A stretch of DNA of 64,000 nt, taken from the NCBI RefSeq assembly GCF_009914755.1, contig NC_060932.1; one strand, 5' to 3'. Positions 27,161 through 44,125 of the stretch are shown here, in pieces. The notes under the pieces are model-generated. The model worked only from the letters and a program-made list of their open reading frames with translations. It did no database searches and was not told the DNA's origin. Source of the DNA: the human T2T-CHM13v2.0 reference genome, Homo sapiens. The first letter of the stretch is position 1. The number at the start of each line of letters is the position of its first letter. Position numbers and translations under genes: made by a program.

Positions 27161-27533
27161 TATAGGCAAAAGAAATCTCAGTAAGTCAGTTTAAGGTAGT
27201 TGATTTCTACATATTATATTGAACAAAAATAATAGTGCAAGGTAATTTTGTAGATCAGGCAACAATGTCTCTTCCAAATTTTTAACATGGAAGAAAATGA
27301 TCAGATTCATGTATAGTGTCCCATAATTTATTTATGAATTGACAATATGCTGATTATCTTAGCTATCTTTTGCTCTGGCTCTATATTTTAAGTGTGGACA
27401 CACATTTGGGATTTTCTTGCTACGGATGTGAGTAACTATATCAAATAAGGTAGCTATGTGTGAAGATTCTAAAATTTGATGCAAGATAAACATACTAAGA
27501 TTAGAATAAGGTATGCCAGTGGGGTGGTCGGGT

Positions 27534-28780
27534 TGTTGCAGTCTCCTTACTCCTTAGTTTAACAAGGTTCGAGTTCTTGTCCCACAACCAAGAAGAATAA
27601 GGCACGTGGACACCAGAGAGTGAGTAATGCAGAGTAGGCTTTATTAAGCAACAGAAAAGCTCTCAGTAACGACAGGGGACTTGAAGAGGGCTGCCAAAAA
27701 TGGGGCTGAGTTCTGGGTTTTTATGTGACAGAAACAAGGAAATCTACTGTAGGAACTGACTTAGTGGGAAGGGTAAAGTTCCCCCTTGGGGGTGTTGCAT
27801 CTGTGTATGCCTGGGCTTGGCCATAGGGACTCCATCTTGATTATTATGCATGAATTCTTAAACAAAAACTTCAGGGGTCTAAAACCACAATCCTAATGGC
27901 ATTGTAATTGGTTAAGATCATTTTTGGAAGTCTTCAGTCCTTTTCTGCACCTGCGTGGGTGGGGTAAAGTCCATTCTGAACAAGCATCTTGGTATAAGAG
28001 GAAGTTCTTTTTTTATTATTATGCTTTAAGTTCTGGGATACATGTGCAGAACATGCAAGTTTGTTACATAGGTATACATGTGCCATGGTGGTTTGCTGCA
28101 CCCATCAACCCATCTTCTACATTAGGTATTTCTCCTAATGCTATCTCTCCCCTAGCTCCCCACCCCCCAACCAGCCCCGGTGTGTGATGTTCCCCTCCCT
28201 GTATCCATGTGCTCTCATTGTTCAGCTCCCACTTATGAGTGAGAACTTGCAGTGTTCCTGTGTTAGTTTGCTGAGAAAGATGGTTTCCGGCTTCATCCAT
28301 ATATCTGCAAAGTACATGAACTCATCCTTTTTTTATGTCTGCATAGGATTCCATGGTTTATATGTGCCACATTTGCTTTATCCAGTCTATCATTAATGGG
28401 CATTTGGGTTGGTTCCAAGTCTTTGCTATTGTGAATAGTGCTGCAATAAACATACACGTGCATGTGTGTTTATAGTAGAATGATTTATAATCCTTTGGAT
28501 ATATACCCAGTAATGGGATTGCTGGGCCAAATGGTATTTCTGGATCTACATCCTTGAGGAATCACCACACTGTCTTCCACATTGGTTGAACTAATTTACA
28601 CTCCCACCAACAAAGTAAAAGCGTTCCTATTTCTCCACATCAAGAGGAAGTTCTTAACCACATTTCCTCCTGCTAGCTACATAACAGTGGTGGTGCCGGT
28701 GTAGTCCCTAAGACATTGTCCCTCTTCTGAGACCCTCTTTATCTATCTCACTAACCAGCTCCTACCTGCCCTCTCTCTCA
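27534..28780 (-). mobile_element. ERV1-class solo LTR (family not resolved), split by an L1PA
   Basis: TG...CA termini, cgagttcttgtcccacaaccaagaagaataaggcac..., a minus-strand poly(A) signal and an approximate TSD gggt/gggg. Confidence 0.65.
28008..28641 (-). mobile_element. 5'-truncated L1PA7/8-like element
   Basis: Antisense L1 3' end (gttctgggatacatgtgcagaac) with a perfect 14-bp TSD aagaggaagttctt (27996-28009 and 28642-28655). Confidence 0.95.
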
Positions 28781-29002
28781 GGGGCAGCCTAGAACTTAAC
28801 TCAAGTGTAAAGAGTTAAATTAAGAGAACCTGGCCAAGAGGCCAAGATGTAGTAGACATGGATATGCACTGCCAGTCCTGTATTACAGTTAATTTTTTTC
28901 CTTTACTCGATTTGCCTTCTTTTGTTCAAAGGTGTTGATTCCCAACAAAGATCTTGCACCCTCCATTTCAGTGCCTGTTTCTGTATAACACAAACTAGAG
29001 CA
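28781..29002 (+). mobile_element. LTR40-like ERVL LTR 3' fragment
   Basis: ggtgttgattcccaacaaagatcttgcaccctccatttcagtgcctgtttc. Confidence 0.45.
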
Positions 29003-30020
29003 GAGTAAGAAAGATATTTTTCCTACTTACAATTGAAATAGCAGATCAATACAATGTTTTTCCTTCTAAAGCCATTATGAAATATAGAAAACATACATAA
29101 AGATTAGAACCACTTGAAACCTTTGACAGTTTCTGGTAATAAAACCAAAGTAAATTAACTGAAATGTATAAAAAGATAACTCACAATTATATTCTGAGAA
29201 AATTAGAAATTATTTAGCATAGGAATCCTAAATGTCAATGTTATAGAGTGTTCATATGATAGAATATTATGCAGTAATTATTTATTATGTAATTGTTAAG
29301 CATTTTAATTTGACATTGTTATTTTGGCTGCTACATTGTTATATATTAATTTAAAGGTCAACTCAAAATTTGCTGCTGCAAAGCCATAATTTCTCTGCAT
29401 ACAATTTGTTCAATGAGGTTTTTAAAACTAATGGCAGAATGTATCTATATTCCTATTGTTTCATCTTTTTAAAAGTCAGCACCAGCAATCATCCTGTTGT
29501 TATATTTTGTATTTAGATTTTTGTCTTCTATTCTTCAAAGCTGTATGTTATCTGAAAATTTAATCATGTTCAATCAACACCTACTCTAAGTTTTTTGTCA
29601 AAATTATCTTACTGAGTGAAATTCAAAATTAGTCATAAACCAATGTCCCCAGAAATGTAGAGGACCATTACTTTGTACTATCTATAGAAGTAAGGTTATT
29701 CAACATGTGGGGGGTCTATTCAAATGTAAACTCTCGAGTTTATACTTCTTAAACTTATTCCATAAATACAGTGGGACATAATAGAACAAAAGGAGAATGT
29801 TTATTTAATGATGAAATGATGTGTCAACAGATTCAGAAAGAATGAAGGAAATTATTGTACCTTGAAGTATGATATATGAGAGATATATGGATATTTATAA
29901 TACCCAGATTGGCATATAAATCTATTATAAACAGTGCAAGACTACATGAATAAGTGAATGATTAATAAACTTAATATTTAATGTTGACCAATTGACTCAT
30001 GACAAATACATGTAGTTACC

Positions 30021-30049
<29 letters not shown>
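30021..30049. repeat. Poly(A) tract, 29 nt
   Basis: Read directly. Confidence 0.95.
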
Positions 30050-30051
<2 letters not shown>

Positions 30052-31861
30052 TATTTCCAGGGCAATTTTCTGTTTTTTCCCTTCTGGATTTTAAAAGTTA
30101 GTTTTCAGGATAATAGAATACAGCTTATACTTTAATCTACACAGAAGTTTTTTTGTCTCCTTTTTGGTCTTTTCATTTTTTTGCTTCCTAAGTGCTTCCA
30201 TGTTTCTCAGTCTTTAAAAACGTGGATTGCTTTAATCATCTATGTATCTTCTTTCTTGAATTCAGAAACATGATCAAATTATTGTTATTCTATGAGATCT
30301 CCTTACAATGTCTCATTCATTTTAGAGTAAAATGCATTCTTATTTTCAAAACTACTCATAGATATTATGCATGGATAAGCACCAAAGTTACTTTATTTTA
30401 TGCTTTTATTTGAATTTCTTTTTTTTTCTCTACCTTCTAGGGCTCCTCATGGTTTCTGCTTTTAACATAATCACGGAAGACATTAGATCTTTTTTATTGT
30501 CTAAAATAATCTTCCCACTTATTGATTCTCATACTTTAAAAATGCCTTTTAGAAATCAATACTTTGACCTTGACATATTTTGAGTATTAAAAATATCTTT
30601 CTTACTTCAGCTTCATTTTCTTTGTCTTGGTTTTAACTAACTGGCCTAAAATTTATGAAAAGAAAAAGTAAAACTTTTTCTGTGACATATTTTTCTTAAT
30701 GATTTTTCATTATTTTACTCAAATCATGGCATAAAGATTACAAGAAAACCTGGGTTTTACACTACATGGTATTTCATGTACTCCAGGTTAGAAGAACATC
30801 TTCTAAATTTTCAAATTTATTACACTATATACTTTTTTTTTGCCATTCTGCTTGACCATTCCCTGAACTCGCCTTCCCAGTTACTTGCTCTTATCCCCAT
30901 ATTATGACTCCAAGTCACTGAATTCTCCTTCTGACCATGTTAATATATTTTTGGGATTCTTTCTCCTCTTATTTTACAGGCTCTTTCATTTATACATTTA
31001 AAATACTGCTTCAAAGGTCTATTCCACTATTGCATTTTCCATGATTAACTGTATCTAGTTTTTTCTAAGTTTGTATGTTGTACATAAATATAATTTCTAA
31101 TAGAGTAAGTTGAATGTATTCATGTTTCATTTGCTCTCATAATGTTAAATGTGTTCTCCTCTCTCTTCTCTTACATAAAATTGTTATTTCTCATAAGCGT
31201 TCCTATTTCCACTAATCAAAATTAACTATTTGATCTTAAGTATCACCAAATGGCTAAATTGTATGTGTCTTCTATAATGGAAGGCATTCTAAATAATGTT
31301 TAACATTTTAATATTAATTAATTACTAGTTTTTAAGTAAAGAATAAGTAGATATCTAAATAGTCATTGATATTAAAGCCTTTGCTTTGCTATTCATCCTT
31401 CTTTTACTAAAGACCCCAGGATAAGAATGTGGTTGGAATTAAGTTATTCACTTAAAACCTGAGCTGTAATCATCTTGAGATGTTTCATTATACCTTACTG
31501 AGACTAGTAAAATATCCACCAGATAGTAGTGTTCAATAAATATTTGTTAAACTTATTTCAAATAAAATTGAAATAAAATTTGAATGTCATTGGTTTCCAA
31601 ATACTAGTCACAGAAAAAGTAATTTTAAGAATAGAAAAAATATAAATACATTCTAAATAGTTTCTAACAAAATTTAAAAAGTGAAATAGAGAATTAGAAA
31701 GATTTGTTTAAACAAAATAAAACATTTGTCTGTCATGATATTATTTTCTGTTTGTTCCTTTTGATTTTTCTTCCACTGTTTTTCCTTTTCTGTTCCCCAG
31801 GGGGTTATTTGAAACATCTTTTAGTAAACATTTTATCTCTTTTTTATAGGTTTTTAGCAGA

Positions 31862-32110
31862 TGCTCTGTAATCAATGTGTTTTCTGTAAAGGATCAGATA
31901 GTAAATAGTTTAAGCTTTGTAGATCATACATTCTCTGTTGCACCTACTAAATTGTGCAAGCATAGCAAAAAAACAAAACAAAAGAAAACAAAAAACCAGC
32001 CACAGACAATGAATAAATAAATGGGTATGGATATGTAAAATTTAAACTTTACTTACAAAAACAGGTGAATAATAGATTTTAGCCCATGGGCAGTAATTTG
32101 CCAACCACTA
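31862..32110. mobile_element. MER58A (hAT-Charlie MITE)
   Basis: ttttctgtaaaggatcagatagtaaata...cagccacagacaat...tttacttacaaaaacagg...gcccatgggcagtaatttgccaacc. Confidence 0.8.
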
Positions 32111-33239
32111 TCTTCTAGGGAGTACAATCTACATATGCAATTTATTACAGAATGCTAGTGTCAATATGGACCACTTCAAATAGAAAGTGCATATCTCGTA
32201 CCCATGTTACGGTATTTTAGTCCTTTTATCTTCTTCATCTATGATATAGTTGCATTAATTATTATGCTTAAATTTTGAGAATATCAGTCAATTTTTGCTT
32301 CAACATTAAAGCATAAGTGAAGTGAAGCTATTGATTTCTAAGGGATTTTAAAACTAACAAATAAACATGGAACAAGGGGGAGACTATTTTAGACAATATG
32401 TAAAAATAAAAAATAAAAAAGAAGATCTACTCCTTTAATGATTATGTCAAAAGCTGAGAACTTGAGGAGCTATAACAGGCAAGGGGAAAAGGGAATTCAA
32501 ATAAAAGCAATAAAGTGTCCTTTTTAACTGTCCTAAAAGGTTTTTTGAGGTACTCTTCATTACCCTTCTGTTTCTCAGACTTGATAATACCTATTGATCT
32601 ATTTTTAAGTAAACTGATTTTTTCCTCTGTCATATCCATTCTGCTATTGGCTCCATCCACTGTGTTTTAAAATTTTGATTATTGTATTTTTTTTCAGTTC
32701 TAAATTTTCCTGATTCTTTTATCTCCTATTACTTTTTTGTTGTTTCTTTTAACTTTTTTCAAGAGTGTTTGTAACTACTTGTTAGAACATTTTCATGATA
32801 GAAACTTTGAGATTTTGTCAAATAATCTCAACATTTGTGTGATCTCAGTATTGCCACCTGTTGATTGCCTTTTTTTCCTTGAGAGTTGAGAGTGTCCTTA
32901 CTTGCAATGATGAGTAATTTTGGACTGTATCCTGGACATTTTGAGTACTATAAGTGTCTGGTTACTATTTAAGTCTTCCTTTTATTTCAGGCATTCAATA
33001 TGTTCTGGTTCAGAACAAACATCCTGGTCCACTTTGTGGTTAATGTCAACTAAATTTTCACAGCCTTTGCAATACTATTCTGGTCTGCCCTACTTGCATG
33101 CTACTCAGACACCCATCTGAAACCTGCATGGTTTTCCACATGACAATTCAGTTATCAAATGTTTTTTCTGTTTTGTATATGGTTGGTTTAATATATAGAC
33201 TGCTCTGAAGTCTTCTCAGCACTTCATAAACAAATTTAA

Positions 33240-33609
<370 letters not shown>

Positions 33610-33696
<87 letters not shown>
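33610..33696. repeat. Compound (CT)n(AT)n microsatellite
   Basis: About 24 CT units followed by about 19 AT units. Confidence 0.95.
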
Positions 33697-33701
<5 letters not shown>

Positions 33702-34635
33702 TTTTTTTAAGGAGAGAATGGTGGACAGAACTCTGATCACCATCTCCATGGCTGCAATGTCTGATGGAAGAGACAAGAATGCTATGTGTACGGTGTGAAC
33801 AGTGGCCTATTTGCCTAGTCACCATGCTGTGAATTGTGATGCTGCCATCCTATTGCAGGGCATGGATGAAAGCTGAGTCTCCATTTATAATCCTTGTGGT
33901 CGAAATAGAGAACATCACTTCACTGTTGTAGGACAAAGATAGAAGACAGAGCTCTGCTCTCAGTCTCTGCACTCGATAAGAAAGGAGAGCAATACAGCTG
34001 GTTTTTGTTTGTTTGTTTTAATCTTCACCCAGAGCAAGATGGTCAAAATATTTCTGTCCTCGTTTGTGTGTTTTGTCTGACCCTATTGATGTTTGTTAGT
34101 AGTAGACTTCCCAGGACCCAAACTGGAATATTTATAAAGTAACAAAAAAAGAAGAAAATCTTAGAATTTACTTCTGGGTCACTTCTTAAGTCCTGTAGTT
34201 CTTAGCATCTCCACCCTCCTTCCTTCATCTTTCAAAGCCATTAGTCAATTGCTTATTGAATTTTCTCCAAGACTTTTTATTTAGTAAGAGGAATACGGTG
34301 AATCTACTTACTCTGTAATTTCCAGAACTAAAACTAGGAGGTTATTTTTGATGTTTAAAGAATTATTTTAGTTCAGTTGTCAAGTTGGAAGCCAGACTAG
34401 AATAGGTTGATGTGAAAGAGGGAAATAAAAAAAGAATATCAATATAGACATATAATTTGACAAATTTGGCAGCCAAGAGAGGCAAAAAAGCCAAGGTAAT
34501 AGTAGAGAAACATATAATTTAATGGAAAGGCTTTTTTATTCCCCCAGGGAAGTAAACATCAGCCTATTTAAATAATGATGATAATTAGTCTGTATAGGCA
34601 CCATGGGCTAAGAAGCAGACCCCAGACAGGAGGTT

Positions 34636-35125
34636 TGTGGTTGATTTGCATTTACCTGATGATTAGTGATGTTGAGTGACATTTCATGTACCTGTTGGCT
34701 ATGTATATGTTTTCTTTGAAGAAACGCCCAATAGACATGATCTCATTTGTATGTTAAATCTAAATAGTCAAACTTGTACAAGCAGACAGTAGAACAGTGG
34801 TTGCTAGGGGTGGACAGACGGGGAAATGGGTAGATATTGGTGAAAGATTATACAGTTTTAGTTATGCAAGTTAAGTAAGTTCTGGAGACCTAATATATAG
34901 CTATGTAACTATTGTTAACAACAATTTGATGTATATTTCAAAAATATTACGAAGGTATATCTTAAGTGTCAAATAAAAAAGGAGATTAAAAAGGAAATAT
35001 GTAGATAATGGATATCCTAGATGGCAGTGATCATTTCACAATACATACATGCATATCGAAGCATTAGACTATTTGCCTCACATATATATAATTTTTATTC
35101 ATCAATTATACCTCAGTAAAACTAT
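34636..35125 (+). mobile_element. L1MA9/MB-like 3' end with an inverted 5' piece (34636-34730 antisense), inserted in a MIR
   Basis: Antisense gatttgcatttacctgatgattagtgatgttgag, then sense catgatctcatttg...gttctggagacctaatata...tcaattatacctcagtaaa. Confidence 0.75.
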
Positions 35126-35135
35126 TTTTTTTTTT

Positions 35136-35300
35136 AAGTGCAGTCTTGGAAGCCGAACTGCCTGAGTTCAAATCCTGGCTACCCATGTTACCTTGAGCAA
35201 GTTAAATTACCTTTATAATTTTCAGATTATTCATCTATAAAATGAGGGCATATTAGTGCTCATACTTGATTATTAAATATGCTAATGCATGAATGTGCCT
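35136..35300 (+). mobile_element. MIR (5' tip at about 34597-34630)
   Basis: ctgcctgagttcaaatcctggct...accttgagcaagtta...catctataaaatg. Confidence 0.75.
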
Positions 35301-36264
35301 TGTTAATCTATTGTCTCTTCACCTTTAAAATCACCCATCTATGCTGTACAGCAGCAGTTGATTTCAATAGTAGGTATTAATTTCAGTTTGCAGATTTCTT
35401 GGCACTCCTATAATCAACACTTTATAATCACTCTTATAATCAACTTCATAGCACAGTATTAGAGATATCAGCACCAGCTGGCTGGAGCTTCTTAGAACTA
35501 GGACACCCATCTCTATATGATCATCTCCAAGATCCCAAGGCAACGCCTCCAGTCAAGCAGTATCCTCTCTGCAGATGTCTGGATTCTGCTTTTCTGACTC
35601 CCTTCTCCAAGATTTAAATTTTAATAGTTTCAAAAGTTCTGCTTTCTTTCCCTAAATCTTGTTTTAGAAATGCATTGTTTTATTGCACTTTATTTCCTTT
35701 TTGATCTTTTAATTTCTTCAACGTTGGTTGAAAAATTACTTATATTCAATTATTTCTGTTAAAATAGCAGGGTAGTTGATGTTCTTCTGATTGTATGTTT
35801 ACTGATATGACATAGAAAGTATTCAGAACATAAACTTCTTAAACATGTTAATTATTATTGTGCTCTAATTACAGCAGAAAGAGTTCAGAATCATGGGGAA
35901 CCTAGATTGTTGAGTTGAGGAATATAAAGCACAGATTATTGTGGGAATGCTTACAAGGAGAGAATATATGATAAGGAGTGTTTACCACTTATATTGTCAA
36001 TGCAAATAATATCAAGGATCAGAGAGGAGACACATTGTCATTTGTCCTTAACTATTTAATCAATTAATTCCTGAATAGACTTAACTTTATTTCTAAGCAA
36101 TAGGGATGGTTCACAAAAAGGCTACAGTTTTCAGGGCCCTGACATCTTGGTGCTGAGGACAACTATAGTTCTGGCCTAAAAAGCTAGTGGCTATGCTTTA
36201 GATCTCTGAGCTCAGTATTAATTAAAAACAAAAACAAATACTATATATAAAAATAACAGGGTAT

Positions 36265-37990
<1,726 letters not shown>

Positions 37991-38007
37991 GAAAATGATA
38001 GTTCAAT

Positions 38008-41000
38008 TGATGCAAAAATTCTCAACAAAATACTGGCAAACTGATTCCAGCAGCACATCAAAAAGCTTATTCACCATAATTAAGCTTCATCCCCATGATG
38101 TGAGGTTGGTTCAACATATGAAAATCAATAAATCTGACTCATCACATAACGATAACTGAAGACATAAACCACATGATTATCTCAATAGATGCAAAAAGGC
38201 CTTCAAAAATTCAACATCCTTTCATGTTAAAACTCTCAAACAACTAGGTATTGAAGGAAACATATGCCAAAATAATAAGTGCCATATGTGACAAACCCAC
38301 AGCCATTAACACATTGAATGGTCAAAAACTGGAAGCAGTTGAAAACCTGCATGAGAGGAGGTTACTATCTCTCACCACTTCTATTCAACATAGTATTGGA
38401 AATTCTGGCCAGGGCAGTCAAGCAAGAGAAATAAATACAGTGTATTCAAATAGAAAGAAAGAAAGTAAAAATATCTTTGTTTGCAGATGACATAATCCTA
38501 TGTTTTGAAAACCCCATCCTCTCAGCCCAAAAGCTTCTTAACCTGATAAGCAACTTCAGCAATGCCTTAGGATACAGAATGAATGTGCAAAATCAATGGC
38601 ATTCCTATGCACCAAGAACAGGCAAGCCAAGAGCCAAATCATGAATGAACTGCCATTCATAATTGCCACAAAAAGAATAAAATACCTAGAAATACAGCTA
38701 ACCAGGGAAGTAAAGGACCTCTTCAAGAAGAACTACAAACCACTGTTCAAAGAAATCAGAGATGACACAAAGAAATGGAAAAAACATTCTATTCTCATGC
38801 ATAGGAAGAATCAGCATCATGAAAATGACCATACTGCCTAAGGCAATTTATAGATTCAATGCTATTCCCATTAAATTGACAGGGACAGGGGGCAGAGAAA
38901 TTAAAGGCAGAAAAAGGCAAGTCCCCAGTGAAACCCAACCTTCAAGCTGAAAGCCTGAAACTGTGGCCCAAAGTGAGAACTCGTATCCCTGTTTTCACGC
39001 TTGTATGTTCCCTTTTCCTAAACCACCCATGGTCCCTCCCTGTCCCATCCTGTGCCTATAAAAACCCCAGACTCAGTCAAGAGACGGAACTATGTCTGGA
39101 CATCGGAGAGAAGTGGCCTGACTTCAGAGGGACAGCTTGACAGTGTCACTTCGGAGAAGAATCCAGCTGAAAGTGGCCAGACTTCAAGGAAGATTACCTA
39201 CCTGCCCCATTCCCTTTTAAGTTTACCTTCCCACTGAGAGCCACTTTCATCAACAATAAAATCCCCTGCATTTACCATATTTTGTGCTGCCTAATTTTTC
39301 CTGGATGCCAGACAAGAGCTCAAGAGCCACAAGTGCAGATACAAAAGGCTGTCACACTGGCCCTTTGCCCTTGCTAGTGGAGGGCAGCCACCCTATGTGA
39401 CAAGGCAAAGTGCCCACTGGGCTGTTAACACTCAAACTGTCCATGAATGGCAGAGCTAAAAGGGCACATAACACTCCCTCTGGCACTTTGGAAGTCACTG
39501 GTACCCCTGCCTGGCTGCTGCTGCAGGGCCTGCATGGAATTCACTCCTGTCAGTGCTAAAGCATCCAGCCAATTCCTGCACCCACTCACCTGCATGCTCC
39601 CTCATGTGAAGGGTAGAACACGGGAGGTCCAATGAGTAGAATTTGATCCTCCCCACACTGAAGTGGCCAGCCAGTTCCAGCCCTTGTTCACTCCAGTTCC
39701 CACACTTGTTCTCTTGTGTGCTCCCTCGCACAAGAAGTTGGGAGCAGCGAGCTGAGTAAATGAGGCACCCCTGTCACAAGTCCCCGGAATGGGTCAGGGA
39801 AATATTCTGCTTCAAAAGTACCATTGACATTCTTCACAGTATTAGAAGAAACCTATTTTAAAATTCATATGAAACAAAAAAGAGCCTGAATAGCCAAGGC
39901 AAGCCTAAGCAAAAAGAACAAAGCTGGAGACATCACACTAACCAACTTCAAACTATACTACAGGGCTACAATAACCAAAACAGCATGGTACTGGTATAAG
40001 AACAGACACGTAGACCGTTGGAACAGAATACAGAGCCCAGAAATAAGACCGCACACCTACAACCATCTGATCTTCAACAAACCTGACATAAACAAGCAAT
40101 GAGGAAAGTATTTTCTATTTAAAAAATGGTGCTGGGAGAACTAGCTAGCCATACGCAGAAAATTCAAACTGGACCCCTTCCTTGCACCATATATAAAAAT
40201 TAACACAAGACGGATTAAAGACTTAAATGTAAAACCCAAAGCTATAAAAACTCTAGAAGAAAACCTAGGCAATATTATTTAGGACATAAACATGGGCAAA
40301 GATTTCTTGACAAAGATGCCAAAAGCAATTACAACAAAAACAAAAATTGACAAATAGAATCTAATTAAACTAAAGAGCTTCTGCATAGCAGAGGAAACTA
40401 TCAACAGGGCAAACAGAAAACCTACAGAATGGGAGAAGAGTTTTAAAATCTATCCATCTGACAAAGGTTTAATATCCAGCATATGTATAAGGAAATTAAA
40501 CAAATTCACAAGACATAAAAAAAAAACATTAAAAAGTGGGAAAAGGACAGAAACAGACACTTCTCAAAAGAAGACATAATGCAGTCAACAAACATTAAAA
40601 AAAGCTCAACATCACTGATCATTAGAGAAATGCAAATCAAAACCGCAACGAGATACCATCTTATACCAGTCAGAATGGCTATTACTAAAAAGTCAAAAAA
40701 CAGATGCTGGTGAGGTTGTGGAGGCAAAGGAATACCTTTACACTGTTGATGGGTCTGTAAATTAGCTCAACGATTGTGAAAGACAGTGTGGCTATTCCTC
40801 AAAGTCCAAAAGGCAGAAATGCCATTAGACCCAGCAATCCCATTACTGGGTATATGCCTAAAGGAATATAAATTGTTCTATTATAAAGCTTCATGCACAT
40901 GTATGTTCATTACAGCACTATTCACAATAGCAAAGACATGGAATCAACCTAAATGCCCATCAATGATAGATTAAATCAAGAAAACGTTGTACATATATGC

Positions 41001-41381
41001 CATTAAATATTATTCAGCCATCAAAAAGAATGAGATTGTGTCCTTTGCAGAAACATAGATGGAGCTGGAGACCATTTTTCTTAGCAAACTAACACAGGAA
41101 CAGAAAACCAAATACCATGTGTTCTCACTTATAAGTGGGAGCTAAATGATGAAAACGTGGATACATGTGGGGGCACAACACACACTGGGGCCTGTCAGAG
41201 GGTGGGGGATGGAAGGAGGGAGAGCATCAGGAAGAACAGCTAATGGATACTGGGCTTAATATCTGTGTGATGGGATTATTTGTGCAGCAAATCACCATGG
41301 CACATGTTTACCTGTGTAACAAACCTGCACATCCTGCACTTGTACCCCTGAATTTGAAATAAATGTTGGAAATTAAAAAAA
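38008..41381 (+). mobile_element. 5'-truncated L1PA11-13-like element (ORF2 to 3' UTR), split by an LTR
   Basis: Continuous degenerate ORF2 and a 3' UTR ggagagcatcaggaagaacagctaatggatactgggcttaat...gtacccctgaatttgaaataaa. Confidence 0.9.
38877..39814 (+). mobile_element. LTR28/LTR1-group ERV1 solo LTR
   Basis: tgacagggacagggggcagagaaatt...TATAAAAA...AATAAA...gggtcagggaaatattctgcttca. It interrupts L1 at cccattaaa|taccattgac with TSD aaat/aaag. Confidence 0.8.
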
Positions 41382-41532
41382 GAATAATTATGGTTTCACA
41401 GATCAAATAATTTTATCATAATGACATCTGGATCTATCAATCTATCACCTATCATCTATAAAACTAATCACATCCATACACACACAGAGTCTAATATGTA
41501 AAAGAAAAGATAACTTGAGTAAGATAAGTTAA

Positions 41533-41887
<355 letters not shown>

Positions 41888-42737
41888 TATTTCATTGTTT
41901 TTACTTTTTTCTAAGTGTTACGTATTGAACCAATATTACTTGTATGAGAACAAAAGCAATAATAAATAAAAATTGAATGTATGTATATATAACTCACTCT
42001 TCTCAGGAAAAACAGCTGAGAATTTTAACTACAAAGGTCATAATATATAAAAATATTGCAAGCTTCTTAACTGGTGGTACAAAATACGATTTTCCAGTGC
42101 TAAATTTCTCAATTTCCTCTACTATATAGCAATGATAAAATAATTTAGAAAATGATGTATAGCATTTAGATGAATGGGTTAATGGGAGAAAGCAGGCTAT
42201 TTAGTTTGTTATTTTTAATCTTATTTATTATATAAAATTTTTACATAAAATTTATAAGTAAAACCTAGCCAAAATATGACTAGCTATGATTATGGCAATT
42301 ATAGAAAATGAATAAAAATAAAGAAATCAACAAACATATTACAGTAGATGACAGGATATTCATCTATTAAAAATCCTCATCTGAATTGGGTAAACTGATA
42401 ACCTAAGATTGTTGATTGTTATCTTTGTTTGCAAAGGGTGAGACTTCTGTAAAATGTCCTGTCTATTTCTTCTTGGTAAAGCCTATTCAATATGTTTTTT
42501 CTAGTGTCTGAATGAATTCTTATCTTTCATGAACAGAATACCACTGATATGTATCTGAAGATGATTTCTCTATTGCAGAGCTATCAAATACAATTTTTGC
42601 ATGTCTCATTTCTTGAGGGACTTGTTTTCTATTGCATTACTTCTTTTTTTAATTTTGCTTTTCCCCAAATACCATACCAAAATCACCGTATCTCTTTGTG
42701 TTTGTTTATGATGTCTTACATTTTTTTTTTAAATTAA

Positions 42738-43080
42738 GATATCAAATTAGTTAGTCAAGATAAATACATTCTGGAGATCTTTTACACAGCATAGTGCATA
42801 TAAACTATGAACAGTGTATGCATTCTCAAAATTTGCTAAAGGGTAGACCTTGTGTTGGGTGTTCTTAACATACACACAGACACATGCACAAATAGTTATA
42901 AAGGTGGAAGAAGAAAACTTTGGGAGGTGACGGATACACTTATGCCCTTGGTGGTAAATACGTGGCCATGGATATATACTTATCCTTAAACTCATCAATA
43001 TGTATGTAGTAAATATGCACAGAATTTGAAGGTCAATCATGCCTAAATAGTTTAAAAAATAAAAATACATTTAAAAATAA
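42738..43080 (+). mobile_element. L1MC1/2-like 3' end
   Basis: aaaatttgctaaagggtagacct...gaaaactttgggaggtgacggata...atacttatccttaaactcatcaa. Confidence 0.75.
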
Positions 43081-44125
43081 ATCAAGTTTGGTTGTTGTAC
43101 AACAACTCTAAGGTAACAGTTCCTAAAAATAAATGAATTTTTAAAACTATGGTGAAAAAATAAATAGAATAGTATAGATATGTCTGTTTTTTATTTTATA
43201 CTTCTATCCTCTTTTTTCTCAGAAATGATTTCAGGGTAATTAAAAAGAAACAAATAATATACAGGAAGATGGTTGGGATAAAAAACTATAACAAATGTTG
43301 GTACACACATAGTTATATTTGATCTATGTGAGTTTGGACTTTTGACTAAAATTCAGAAATATACATTATTTCAAAAAAAGAAAATTATGAAGGGTAGGCA
43401 CAGGACTTTTATATGTGTGGATATTAATACATTGTGATGATAAGATGTAATTTAAAGGGGTGAAAACAGTAGAAAACATCTTGTTATATTTCTGTATTAT
43501 ATATGTTATTAAATGCCAAACAACATTAGGGAGAGAATATTTTCACCATATTCATACAGCAGATTGCAAAAATATAGGGTCAAGGTGTGGTTCATTCAAC
43601 TAAAAAGTAGATTACATTAATTTGTTTCATATTTTATTGGCAGTTTCATTTTTGTGATGATCAAAGCAATGAGAAATTGAATAAATATTATTTAGTTTGG
43701 ACAAATAAAGATATATTTAGTGTGGACAACTAAAGATGGATTCTTTAGTAAAATAATGGGGATCTTGAAAGAAAACTATTGTATCAGAAAACATTTACTA
43801 AGGCAGGATAAAAGTATGATTTCTACTTAGATAGCAGAAGTAGATTGCACAAAGATTAATTTCTATAAACTGAAGGTGAAAGATTATTTCACATGATCTA
43901 TATTTGTAAAGCAGACAAATAGGCACTCTTAGAAACTTACAAAATGAGTTGTAAATCTTACAGAACACCTAATGAAACTCCAATGATTAATTCAATGTCC
44001 TCTAATTATTATAGAGTTTGAAATACATTTGTAAATAGGAATGGATGGTAGGAACTTAATCAGAAACAATATGATAGAGTGACAGGGATATATTTATAAG
44101 CATTATTCAGAATAAAGCTAAGAAG

